64,000 nucleotides of DNA from Mageeibacillus sp. UBA4314. GTDB taxonomy: Bacteria > Bacillota > Clostridia > Saccharofermentanales > Saccharofermentanaceae. How positions within the stretch are numbered: position 1 is the first letter of the stretch; every line of letters starts with the position of its first letter. The notes beneath the pieces were generated by a model, which saw nothing but the letters and a program-made list of their open reading frames with translations, ran no database searches and had not been told where the DNA came from. The position numbers and the translations under genes were made by a program. Shown here one piece after another: positions 53,600 through 62,786 of this stretch. The DNA is taken from NCBI GenBank assembly GCA_002394605.1, contig DGUI01000027.1, forward strand, positions 2,161-66,160, in the 5' to 3' direction.

Positions 53600-55525
53600 A
53601 TGTCTGACAGGAAGAGGTTGATCAGAACGGGAATAGCAGCTGCCATTTTGGCCGCAGTCTATGTTGTTCTGATAGCTTTAGCTCCAAGGCTGTCTTTCTG
53701 GTCTTATCCCACAAGATTTAACTTCTCAGAGAATACGGAAGAGAAGGTCATAAACAGCGGTGATATATATGAGCATACCTTTAACATGCCTTACGACAGG
53801 ATCATCTCGATCGATCCCGGACTGAAGAACAATTCTTCGAATGTCATAAGCATTGACGGTACCATCGAGCTCATTGACGGCAACGGGAACGTAGTATCTT
53901 CCAGGCACGTTACATCTGCTTATGATTCCATATTCAGCTTAAGGGAACCGGTCGCCTGCGGGACAACTTATACGGTAAGGTTTACTGTTGTCTCGGTAGG
54001 ATCAACGGGTCCTTCCGTCCTTATCAATGCTGATGACAGTAGCATGGTATTCACCATCGCAGGCACCGTCAGCGGATCATCTGCAAAGCTCATCTTTGCG
54101 GGCATCTATGTCCTGATATCCGCCATGGTGCTCCTTTATGTCTACAACCTCGACAAGAAGGGGATATCTGATGCAAAGATGGCTGACAGGGTCTTCATCG
54201 GCGTTTTGATCCTGTGCTGTGTCTTCCTGATCTGCCAGTACTACGATCTGTTCATGATAATCAAGAGCGCGCTGCGCATGCTCGATTCGTTCAAGAGCGG
54301 CAACATTACTGATTATTACGGATTCTCCTATGCAAGTGAACTTACCTCACAGAGCAATAAGATGCTCTTTGCATATGAGTATAATTTCTTCCAGATCTTC
54401 TTTGTTGCCATACTGATGCTCCCGCTGTCCTTTGCATATAACGGTGACATCAACGGGGGCGGCATCGATGGCCTGATATGCGTTATCTACCTTGAGGTGA
54501 TACTTGCGGTGCTCCTTATCGTTTGCCGCAGGCTTATAGGCAGGATAACAAAGATCACGTCACTTGATGATAAGTATCTGAAGGAAGTGCAGACCCTTTT
54601 TATCTTCTCGCCCATGCTCCTGTACATATCGGTCGCATACGGCCAGATAGATCTGATGTACATGATCGTTATCATACTGGCACTGCCTTTCTACTACAGG
54701 AAGAAGTACTATCTGTTCTCGCTTATCATGTCACTTGCAGTTGCCATGAAGACACTGCCGCTCATGATCTTCATTCCCCTGATACTTCTCGCAAATAAGA
54801 GGATCAGGGACATAGCAGTTAACTTCCTGATCGTTATGGTGCTGCCTGTGGCTACGGCGCTCATATTCGAAGGGTCTTCAGGTCACAAGGCGATATCTGC
54901 GGTAATCCGGGAGGATTACTCATATCTCGACAGGATAACCGAATGGCGCCTTGGTGACACAACATCCATCTTCGTCCTGTGCTTTGCGGCAATCTGCATA
55001 GTCTGCTTCATGCACAAGACGGATACGGAAGATAAGACAAAGTTCCTTTATGATTCGCAGCTTGCGGTATTTGCCGTATACGGGGCGTTCATCTCATTCG
55101 TTACGTGGCATCTGCAGTGGATGATCCCTGCAGTTCTGGCTCTGTCGCTTCTGATCCCGCTCATTAAGGACAAGAGGATCCTGATCATGGATACCGTCCT
55201 CGAGATACTGTTCATAATGACGGCAGCATTCATGGGCACATCCACGCACATGACAAACTTCGGGATACTTCCCCTTATCACGAACGAGTATTCTGATGCT
55301 CCCGAAATGACGACGATATATAATAACATCTCTTCGATCACGACTGTTGTCATCAGGACATGTCTTGCGGCTGTTATCATGTATACTCTTTACATGCTGG
55401 TCAGGAACAGGAAAGAAGATAAGATCGAATACGTTCCTTCAAGCAGGACGGCAATAACTGGAAGAGGTCTTGTAATGTATGCAGTGACGGCATTCTTCTG
55501 CTGGACTTTCTTCTATGTGGGGTGA
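53600..55525 (+). CDS. GT-C superfamily membrane glycosyltransferase (GT87/DUF2029-like)
   Basis: Polytopic; 'SP.LLY.S..YGQ.D', 'LAVAMK..P', 'WHLQW' patterns; N-terminal extracellular beta domain. Confidence 0.6.
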   Translation: MSDRKRLIRTGIAAAILAAVYVVLIALAPRLSFWSYPTRFNFSENTEEKVINSGDIYEHTFNMPYDRIISIDPGLKNNSSNVISIDGTIELIDGNGNVVSSRHVTSAYDSIFSLREPVACGTTYTVRFTVVSVGSTGPSVLINADDSSMVFTIAGTVSGSSAKLIFAGIYVLISAMVLLYVYNLDKKGISDAKMADRVFIGVLILCCVFLICQYYDLFMIIKSALRMLDSFKSGNITDYYGFSYASELTSQSNKMLFAYEYNFFQIFFVAILMLPLSFAYNGDINGGGIDGLICVIYLEVILAVLLIVCRRLIGRITKITSLDDKYLKEVQTLFIFSPMLLYISVAYGQIDLMYMIVIILALPFYYRKKYYLFSLIMSLAVAMKTLPLMIFIPLILLANKRIRDIAVNFLIVMVLPVATALIFEGSSGHKAISAVIREDYSYLDRITEWRLGDTTSIFVLCFAAICIVCFMHKTDTEDKTKFLYDSQLAVFAVYGAFISFVTWHLQWMIPAVLALSLLIPLIKDKRILIMDTVLEILFIMTAAFMGTSTHMTNFGILPLITNEYSDAPEMTTIYNNISSITTVVIRTCLAAVIMYTLYMLVRNRKEDKIEYVPSSRTAITGRGLVMYAVTAFFCWTFFYVG

Positions 55526-55529
55526 TGAT

Positions 55530-56048
55530 ATGAATATGGACGGAAGGAAACAAAATATACGTACGATAGTCTATACGGGTGTTGTGGCGGCACTTTATGT
55601 TGTGCTGACGCTTCCTTTCGCACAGGTTGCATACGGACCCGTCCAGTTCAGGATGGCTGAGGCGCTCACGATCCTTCTCGTATTCGGACTGAGGTTCATA
55701 CCGGGCGTGTCCCTTGGATGCCTTATCGCGAATGTACTCAATCCCGGAAGCCTTGGTCCGGTCGATATCATCTTCGGAACACTGGCAACAGTCATCGCGG
55801 GATTCGGTTCAAGATGGATCGGAAAGAAGAAGGACGTACTTGGAATAATACCTCCCATCATCGCCAACGGACTTATAGTCGGCTTCTATCTGCCGTTCCT
55901 TCTGGTCGATGAGGGGAGTTCGGTGAAGGGGTCAGCGATACTGATCAGCATGGGTGAAGTCGCGCTTAGTGAAACGGTCGTAATGGTCCTCATAGGACTT
56001 CCGCTCCTGCTGGTGATCAAGAGAACATCTCTTAAGGATAAACTTTGA
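55530..56048 (+). CDS. queT: QueT-family transporter
   Basis: AALYVVLT......YGPVQFR.AEAL, G..LGC.IAN, D..FG.LAT, PP.I.N. Confidence 0.85.
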   Translation: MNMDGRKQNIRTIVYTGVVAALYVVLTLPFAQVAYGPVQFRMAEALTILLVFGLRFIPGVSLGCLIANVLNPGSLGPVDIIFGTLATVIAGFGSRWIGKKKDVLGIIPPIIANGLIVGFYLPFLLVDEGSSVKGSAILISMGEVALSETVVMVLIGLPLLLVIKRTSLKDKL

Positions 56049-56049
56049 T

Positions 56050-56670
56050 ATGGCACACTATTTTGACGAGGTCCCTGATACGAAGACGGACCGCAGGATG
56101 ATCGATTACAGGGTTGACGGAACGAACTTCACCTTCGTTACCGACAGCAGTGTATTCTCGCGCAGCGAGGTCGACTTCGGATCATCATTGCTCATCGAGG
56201 AACTGATTAGGGACTGCAGGGAAGACGGCCGCGGCAGCGGGGATTTCCTGGACCTTGGATGCGGCGTCGGTGTCGTCGGGATCGTGTTCAAATACAAGTT
56301 CATGCGTTTTGAGGTTACGGGCGTGGATCTTAATTCGAGAGCCGTAAGCCTTGCCAATGAGAACGCATCGAAGAATGGGGTTAAGGCAAGATTTGTACAA
56401 AGTGATGTCTTGGATAAGATACCTGATAGTGTACAATTTGATGTTGTAGCTACAAATCCGCCGGTCAGGGCCGGCAAGGCAACGGTCTTCAGATTCTACG
56501 ATGAAGCGTATGCCAGGATGAAGGATGGAGCTGCGATCTATGTGGTCCTGCAGAGGAAGCAGGGCGCTCCGTCCACGGAGAAGAAGCTGAACGAGCTGTT
56601 CGGCAATTGTGAGACACTGGCCATCAAGGGCGGATACCGCGTTATGAAGGCAGTAAAGAGAGGGGAATAA
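56050..56670 (+). CDS. RsmC/YbxB-like small class I SAM methyltransferase
   Basis: MAHYF, F.TDS.VFS...VD.GS, LDLGCG.G, TNPP.RAGK, ..KQGA.S, GY.V. Confidence 0.88.
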   Translation: MAHYFDEVPDTKTDRRMIDYRVDGTNFTFVTDSSVFSRSEVDFGSSLLIEELIRDCREDGRGSGDFLDLGCGVGVVGIVFKYKFMRFEVTGVDLNSRAVSLANENASKNGVKARFVQSDVLDKIPDSVQFDVVATNPPVRAGKATVFRFYDEAYARMKDGAAIYVVLQRKQGAPSTEKKLNELFGNCETLAIKGGYRVMKAVKRGE

Positions 56671-57708
56671 ATGTTTGATCTGTTACCGTATCCTTTGACG
56701 GATTCGCTGCTGATGTTCTTTATCTACAGCTTTATCGGTTGGGTGATAGAGGTCATATACTACGGTGTTACTGAGGGGCATTTCATTAACAGGGGTTTTC
56801 TTAACGGACCTCTTTGTCCTGTTTACGGCATAGGATTCTACTGTGCATTGTGGTTCTTCGAACCGCTCAAGAGCAGTGTATCCGTTATATTCTATGGTTC
56901 GGCAGTCTGCTGTACCGTTGTGGAACTTATCGCAGGCGTTATCCTCTATCAGGCATTCCACCTGAGATGGTGGGATTATACGGATTATGCCATGAACTTC
57001 AAGGGATTCATCTGTTTCAGGTTCGGTATCTACTGGGGTATCGCGGGAACGCTTGGCGTATATCTGCTCCACCCTGCAGTCTTAAGGGTCATAGGATGGC
57101 TCAATTTCCCTGCCAAGGTGACGATCCTCGTGATCCTCGGCATTATAATCGTGATCGATATCATCGCTACGGTAGCAGGTATCATCGGGTTCTCCAATAA
57201 GCTCAAGCTGTTCACGAAGATATCATCGACCGTTAAGAGCACTTCTGATTTCATCGGCGGCAATATCTATGGAACTGTTGGTACCATCATGGAGATGGAG
57301 GGCACGATCAAGGATTCCTACGATGAATACCGTAAGCTTGTTGAGACACACAAAGCTGAAGAGAATGAACTTGCAAGGCGTCACCGTGAGGAGGAGAAGG
57401 AATACTTCCAGAAGTTCCTCTCTTCCGGTAAGGATGCAGCGATCAAGACCAAGGATATCGCAGGCGGCAAGATGTTCGGACTCGTAAAGAGCTTCAACAT
57501 CGTCGAGAAGAGGCTCATCCGTACCGTCAATGCCAAGAGCATCAAGTCCGGTGTGTCCAACGCATACGGCAAGGCACTCAATGTTATCAGGTTCGGATAC
57601 TTTAAGAACACTGCAAACAGCAACCCTGTCGATATGGTCCCTGAAGACATTACGCTTGAAGAAGAACAGAAGGTAATGAGCGAAGATGAAGATATTGTCA
57701 GCGTCTGA
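56671..57708 (+). CDS. Putative ABC-transporter permease (CmpB/DUF-type membrane protein) with coiled-coil tail
   Basis: F.IYSF.GW..E, NRGFL.GP.CPVYG.G, RWWDY....N..G.IC. Confidence 0.8.
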   Translation: MFDLLPYPLTDSLLMFFIYSFIGWVIEVIYYGVTEGHFINRGFLNGPLCPVYGIGFYCALWFFEPLKSSVSVIFYGSAVCCTVVELIAGVILYQAFHLRWWDYTDYAMNFKGFICFRFGIYWGIAGTLGVYLLHPAVLRVIGWLNFPAKVTILVILGIIIVIDIIATVAGIIGFSNKLKLFTKISSTVKSTSDFIGGNIYGTVGTIMEMEGTIKDSYDEYRKLVETHKAEENELARRHREEEKEYFQKFLSSGKDAAIKTKDIAGGKMFGLVKSFNIVEKRLIRTVNAKSIKSGVSNAYGKALNVIRFGYFKNTANSNPVDMVPEDITLEEEQKVMSEDEDIVSV

Positions 57709-58201
57709 TATCCACGGTTCCATTAACTGGGCTCAGAAGATAATAGACAGGTTCCATGAAGAGAAGGCTGATAAGCTCCTTCTGTTAGGAGACCTGCTCT
57801 ACCATGGTCCGCGCAATGATCTCCCCGGGGATTACCGGCCCAAGAAGGTCATAGAGCTCCTGAATTCCGAAGCTCACAACATCATAGCCGTCAGGGGCAA
57901 CTGTGATACGGAAGTCGATCAGATGGTCCTTGAGTTTCCGATAATGGCAGACTATGCATATATCATCTCAGGCGAGACGGTTATCTTTGCTACACACGGC
58001 CATAAATACAATCCCAAGACACCTCCCGTATCGCTACCTGAAGGTGCCATACTCCTTTGTGGCCATACCCACATCACGGCAGATGAGAAGTATGAAGGGT
58101 TCAGATATATGAATCCGGGTTCGCCATCCATTCCCAAGAACGGCTCGAAGCCTTCTTATATCATCATCGAGGACGGGCGCGCCGAACTCAAGGAATTCTG
58201 A
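57686..58201 (+). CDS. yfcE: YfcE-family metallophosphoesterase
   Basis: SDIHGS, LGD.LYHGPRN, VRGNCD.EVDQMVL.FP, THGH, GHTH, NPGS. Confidence 0.92.
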   Translation: MKILSASDIHGSINWAQKIIDRFHEEKADKLLLLGDLLYHGPRNDLPGDYRPKKVIELLNSEAHNIIAVRGNCDTEVDQMVLEFPIMADYAYIISGETVIFATHGHKYNPKTPPVSLPEGAILLCGHTHITADEKYEGFRYMNPGSPSIPKNGSKPSYIIIEDGRAELKEF

Positions 58202-58203
58202 TC

Positions 58204-58728
58204 ATGAAGAAGGTAACTGTTGCAATACTCTTTCTTTGTCTATGCCTGATCTATGTATCATCCTGCAGCTCAAAGACTGTTGAGTCTTCTTCAGAGAGAA
58301 CAACAGATGTATATAAGTTTCTGGGTGAATATGCATATGATTCACCTCTCGTTGCATTTGTCTATGAACCTGTGGAAGGGGAAGACGAATCCGGCATCCA
58401 ATACCGGAAAGTAACCGATATCGACGGTCTAATGAGATCCGGTGTTACTTTGCTTTTATACTTTACCAGCTCTATGTCAACTGATATGGACGGCATTACG
58501 GCCGGAGCAGAGGATATTGCCCAGAATACCTGGGGAAAAGTGATCGTCCTCATGATCGATGTTCTCGAGAACAAGGATCTTGCGTCACAATTCAATATCG
58601 AACAGGTGCCTGAATTCGTGATCGTAAGATCTTCCGGTGAGATATCGAGATTTGAAGGGTATAATCATGATATATGGACAATTAATGAAGTTACCGCTTG
58701 GCTAAAATCTAATGGAATAGAGGTCTGA
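58204..58728 (+). CDS. Exported thioredoxin-fold protein lacking CxxC (possible lipoprotein)
   Basis: Hydrophobic N-terminus with ...SSC; 'IDV.EN..LA..FNI..VP.F......G.....EG' thioredoxin C-terminal pattern. Confidence 0.55.
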   Translation: MKKVTVAILFLCLCLIYVSSCSSKTVESSSERTTDVYKFLGEYAYDSPLVAFVYEPVEGEDESGIQYRKVTDIDGLMRSGVTLLLYFTSSMSTDMDGITAGAEDIAQNTWGKVIVLMIDVLENKDLASQFNIEQVPEFVIVRSSGEISRFEGYNHDIWTINEVTAWLKSNGIEV

Positions 58729-58737
58729 AGACATAAT

Positions 58738-59229
58738 ATGAGTTATTACATAACGACTGTGGGACAGGATAGTCACAGATTCAAGGAAGGGACCGGTGAA
58801 GGCGAAGGTATTATGCTCGGCGGTGTTCTGATTCCGTGCGATATGGCTTTCGATGCGAATAGTGATGGTGATGTCCTTCTTCATGCTGTCACTAATGCGA
58901 TTTCGGGGTATACATGTGTCAATGTCCTTGGAGGTGCAGCTGATAAACTGTGTCTGGAGCAGGGGATCAGGGACAGTTCTGTATATATCGCTGAGGCATT
59001 GAAGGATGTCCACGGTGCACAGATACTCCATGTATCTGCTACGATAGAATGCCTGAAACCCAAATTGATGCCGTATATCCCTAAGATGAGAAGCCGTATC
59101 GCGTCTCTTCTTGATATTCCCGAACTGTCAGTCGGTATTACTGCTACAACAGGAGAAGGTCTTACCGGATTTGGCCGCGGTGAAGGAGTACAGGTATTCG
59201 TTCTTATCAGTTGGAAAGTGGATGACTGA
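58738..59229 (+). CDS. ispF: 2-C-methyl-D-erythritol 2,4-cyclodiphosphate synthase
   Basis: G.DSHRF, LGGV.IP, SDGDVLLHA, P....., .ATT.EGLT.FGRGEG. Confidence 0.9.
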   Translation: MSYYITTVGQDSHRFKEGTGEGEGIMLGGVLIPCDMAFDANSDGDVLLHAVTNAISGYTCVNVLGGAADKLCLEQGIRDSSVYIAEALKDVHGAQILHVSATIECLKPKLMPYIPKMRSRIASLLDIPELSVGITATTGEGLTGFGRGEGVQVFVLISWKVDD

Positions 59230-59857
59230 CGGGATCGTAGGTCCAGATGGAATACCGCTGCGGCTCCCTGTGGATATATAGTCCCTTCACCTTGTAGATC
59301 TCGTGGCGTGACACCAAATGCCAGTTCCTGCGGTCGTTGAGATAGTATCCGCTCTCGGAATCAGCATAATAATACAGCATTACCTTGTGTCTGAGATCCT
59401 TCTCCAGCATGTTGATGAACTCCTTGAAGGCATCAGCTTCCATAGGCCTGTACATGAATAACATGTCATAATCGTTATAATCCAGCTCGAAAGCGTTCCC
59501 GGTAATTATCCTGATCTGAGGATAACCGGACGACCATTCTCTGGCGATATCTGCCACCTCGGGATCGATCTCAACACCTGTAAGAGTAAGATCGGCACCT
59601 GTGCTCATGAGATAGGCCAGGACGCGTCCCTTGCCGCATCCGATATCGATAAGTGAGGCTTTGCAACCCTTATTGATATTCCCGAAGATCTCCTCGAGAC
59701 CTCTGTATGGTGCTGATTGGCTCCCTGTGGCTCCATGTGATTCGCTGTAACGCGAAGGAACAAACCTGGCAAGAGACATTCCGCAGATATGTTTATCCCT
59801 CAGGTGGTCAAGGAACCTGGATATCTTAAGTGAGAGTTCTACAACAGGGTTATTCAA
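59207..59857 (-). CDS. Class I SAM-dependent methyltransferase
   Basis: IDIGCGKGRV, GVEIDP..A, GNA, MY.P; TTG start after GGAG. Confidence 0.8.
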   Translation of the reverse strand: MNNPVVELSLKISRFLDHLRDKHICGMSLARFVPSRYSESHGATGSQSAPYRGLEEIFGNINKGCKASLIDIGCGKGRVLAYLMSTGADLTLTGVEIDPEVADIAREWSSGYPQIRIITGNAFELDYNDYDMLFMYRPMEADAFKEFINMLEKDLRHKVMLYYYADSESGYYLNDRRNWHLVSRHEIYKVKGLYIHREPQRYSIWTYDPVSHPLSN

Positions 59858-59969
59858 TGTGTTAGCTCCTTGGTGTCATTTTGTGCAAAGAAATAGTTCT
59901 ATCATAGATTTACTATACATGGTCTGAGTAGTAAAATATAGTGTGACATATTGGACGGAGGATCACTTT

Positions 59970-61697
59970 ATGAGTAGATCGATATGTAAGAGATTAGCAA
60001 TGATAATCGCAGTAGCCACGGTTGTCAGTTCGTTCTCGGCTTTTGCGTTTGCTGACAACGAACAGGTGACAGAGCCTGATGCGACTGTAAGTGGAGATAT
60101 CACTGAAGAGACAAAAGAGACTTCAGACGAGGAAGTATCTGTGTCTGAGATCCCTGCCGCTGAAGGCGTAGATGAAGGAGCTCCGGAAGAGATCGTGCTT
60201 CCTGAAGAGACTGAGGTCAGGAATGAAGAGGAACAGACTCCTGACGCCATTACAGAGGCAGCTGCTGAAGACGATACTGAGGTGAAGGTCGCAACAGGTA
60301 CTGTTGCGAAGTATAACGATGCAGAATCATCTAAGCCTTTGTTCCACTTGGATACAAATCCTTATGCTGATAAGATACCGTTTTTGCCTGATCTTGATCA
60401 GGGTGTTGAATTCACAGGTATCCCTGATAAGGTAAAAGCATACAGGGTATATACCAATTCCCATTATAACTCTACGATAGTTATCCCGCTTACAACAGAA
60501 ATGCTCAATAAGTATGTATTCAGGCCTACCAGGAACAATACAGGCAGCGACTATATTATTTTCTGGTTACCTTTCGATAGGAATTTTGAACTGAACGGCA
60601 AAGCTCGTGATTATGATCTGGGACTACAATCTATGACGGATGATATGAAGTTCTGGGCTTATGATGAGGCAACAGGAAGCCTCTCAGAGACTTCAAAACC
60701 GGCAGGACAGTACTATTGTTACAAGATACCGGTCAACGGAGGCGCTCTTAACAAGTATAAATGTCAGTACGCTTATCCCCTGATCTCTGATTACAATAGT
60801 GAATATACGGATGCCGAACAGACTCTTGTTAAGGAGAGTGAGCTTCCAGATCCTTCCGTAGTAAAGATCTACTACCAGAAAGAGCCTGAAGCTTCATGCA
60901 GGGATTACACACCTAAGAAGCCTGCCCAGACGAATGCAGGATCATACACCTATAAGTATCGATATTGGCCTGCTGACGGAACAAAGAATCTGTATTTTAA
61001 CATTTTGGACGATAGCCGTGGCGGTTCTATTCACTCATATACAGCTACGATCGATCCGGCAACGATCAAGGTCTATGCCGAAGATGCGTCCAAGTATGAG
61101 TACGAATCCGATCCCAAGTTGGAGTATAACTGCAGCGGACTTCCGGCCGGATGCCGTGCGGTGGAAGGAGAGCTCGCCCGTGAAGCCGGTGAGAAGCCCG
61201 GTACTTACGATATTACTCAGGGTTCACTTAAGATAGACGATAACAACTATACGCTTGATTTCACCGGAGCTAAGTTTGAGGTCAAGGAGATTGTGTACAA
61301 ATTTACAAAGGGTAACGGTGATACATGGACGAAGGAGAGCGGTAAGGATCTGACATTCAAGGTATCCTGTAATTATAAGGATGATGAGGCGATCGACAGG
61401 TTCATCGGCGTTTCTGTTGACGGTGAAGATCTTGATGATGATCAGTACACTGCAAAGACAGGCAGTGTCATCCTCACTTTGAAGGCTGATTACCTTGAGA
61501 CACTTGATGCAGGCAAACACACGATCGAAGTGGAATTTGAGCATGATAAGACTGCAACAGCCAAGTTTACGATCGAGAATGCACCTGAGCCTTCGCCACA
61601 AACAGGTGACGGCATAAGTCCGTTTATACTTGTGATCGCAGGACTTATGACAGCTGCAGGCGCTGCTTTTGTCTACAAGGCAAAGAAGGCTTTATAA
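59970..61697 (+). CDS. Sortase-anchored surface protein (MBG-type Ig domain + X2-like domain, SPQTG sorting signal)
   Basis: Signal peptide, acidic linker, 'EL.RE.GE.PG.Y.I.QG.L....NY.L.F' MBG pattern, 'V.VDG..L....Y....GS....L...YL..L..G.HT' domain, SPQTG-hydrophobic-KAKK tail. Confidence 0.75.
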   Translation: MSRSICKRLAMIIAVATVVSSFSAFAFADNEQVTEPDATVSGDITEETKETSDEEVSVSEIPAAEGVDEGAPEEIVLPEETEVRNEEEQTPDAITEAAAEDDTEVKVATGTVAKYNDAESSKPLFHLDTNPYADKIPFLPDLDQGVEFTGIPDKVKAYRVYTNSHYNSTIVIPLTTEMLNKYVFRPTRNNTGSDYIIFWLPFDRNFELNGKARDYDLGLQSMTDDMKFWAYDEATGSLSETSKPAGQYYCYKIPVNGGALNKYKCQYAYPLISDYNSEYTDAEQTLVKESELPDPSVVKIYYQKEPEASCRDYTPKKPAQTNAGSYTYKYRYWPADGTKNLYFNILDDSRGGSIHSYTATIDPATIKVYAEDASKYEYESDPKLEYNCSGLPAGCRAVEGELAREAGEKPGTYDITQGSLKIDDNNYTLDFTGAKFEVKEIVYKFTKGNGDTWTKESGKDLTFKVSCNYKDDEAIDRFIGVSVDGEDLDDDQYTAKTGSVILTLKADYLETLDAGKHTIEVEFEHDKTATAKFTIENAPEPSPQTGDGISPFILVIAGLMTAAGAAFVYKAKKAL

Positions 61698-61732
61698 GCA
61701 TTATCAGAAGTTAACGGGGTTTGCCCCGGAGT

Positions 61733-61766
61733 AATATCAGCCCGGTATGCCGGGCTGATATTTTTT
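61733..61766 (+). terminator. Intrinsic terminator
   Basis: AATATCAGCCCGG-tatg-CCGGGCTGATATT followed by TTTT. Confidence 0.88.
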
Positions 61767-61784
61767 GTAAGTTGATATTCGGCA

Positions 61785-61910
61785 TTTCCTAGCAAATCGA
61801 CTGTTTTTTCCTAGCAATGCTAGGAAAAAAGTTGATTATGGTATGAATCATAGCAAAGTGGGCAAATCATCCTAGCAATGCTAGGAAAATAGGCAGGTTT
61901 TGCTAGGAAA
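61785..61910. repeat. 126-bp element with 12-bp terminal inverted repeats and internal palindromes (MITE/REP-like)
   Basis: TTTCCTAGCAAA (61785-96) and TTTGCTAGGAAA (61899-910); internal TTTTTTCCTAGCA-A-TGCTAGGAAAAAA (61804-30) and TCCTAGCA-A-TGCTAGGA (61870-86). Confidence 0.75.
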
Positions 61911-61932
61911 CATCCTTAAGCAGGCTATTGCC

Positions 61933-61941
61933 TGTTATAAT
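61933..61941 (+). promoter_or_regulatory. Extended -10 promoter giving a probable leaderless transcript
   Basis: TG-T-TATAAT ends 6 nt before ATG 61948; no Shine-Dalgarno. Confidence 0.55.
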
Positions 61942-61947
61942 ACTCAC

Positions 61948-62745
61948 ATGGACATAAGGATCATAGTTGCTGCCCATAAAGAAGCTCCGATGCCGACAGA
62001 TGATATGTATCTGCCGGTCTTTGCAGGCAGCTCGCTTGCTGACTCTATCCCTGAGGGCTATCAGGCTGATAATGAAGGTGAGAATATATCATTTCTTAAT
62101 CCTATGTACTGTGAACTCACGGCTTTATACTGGGGATGGAAGAATATTCCGGGTGTAACTTCGGAGAGCTCTTATCTTGGGATGGTGCACTACAGAAGGT
62201 GGTTCGGATGTAAACGCAAAGGTGCATTCGGTAAAGCGGACATTATTCGTTATATCGGCAAGAAGAAAGTCATGGTGCCGAGGGCGAGGAACTATTATAT
62301 AGAGACTCTCAAGACTCATTATTGTCACACGCACGGCAGCAGTACACTGGATGAATGTGAGAATGTCATTAGAGAGTTGTACCCGGAGTATCTTGAGAGC
62401 TTTAACAAGGCTCTGTCCAGATCATACGGATATATGTTTAACATGATGATCATGAGAGGTGATTTGCTGGATCAATATCTTTCCTGGCTGTTTAAGTTAC
62501 TATATGAATTGACGCTGAGAATAGACAACACCGGTATGAACGATTACGACAGGAGATATCCCGGAAGGATCGCTGAACTGCTGCTGAATGTATGGATCGA
62601 ATATATGAGATCAACTGGTGTGATCAAACACCATGATGTAGGAACACTACCCTGGTATTGCACGACGGGTGATAACAGAAAGGAGAAGGCAAAAGCACTT
62701 CTCAAGGCGAAATACAAGGGCGAGAAGTACCATAACAGTTTCTGA
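61948..62745 (+). CDS. DUF4422-family polysaccharide glycosyltransferase
   Basis: I.VAAHK, Y.PV.AG, D..GENIS..NP.YCELTALYW.WKN, G..HYRR.F, FNM.IM......Y..WLF, GRI.E.LLNVW. Confidence 0.85.
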   Translation: MDIRIIVAAHKEAPMPTDDMYLPVFAGSSLADSIPEGYQADNEGENISFLNPMYCELTALYWGWKNIPGVTSESSYLGMVHYRRWFGCKRKGAFGKADIIRYIGKKKVMVPRARNYYIETLKTHYCHTHGSSTLDECENVIRELYPEYLESFNKALSRSYGYMFNMMIMRGDLLDQYLSWLFKLLYELTLRIDNTGMNDYDRRYPGRIAELLLNVWIEYMRSTGVIKHHDVGTLPWYCTTGDNRKEKAKALLKAKYKGEKYHNSF

Positions 62746-62786
62746 TGTGGTAATATTGCGGAAAACTATCTTAGGAGAATACAGGT

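Noticed and set aside
55500-55530. preQ1 riboswitch ahead of queT
   Set aside because: There is no intergenic space (previous stop at 55525) and no preQ1 consensus is visible
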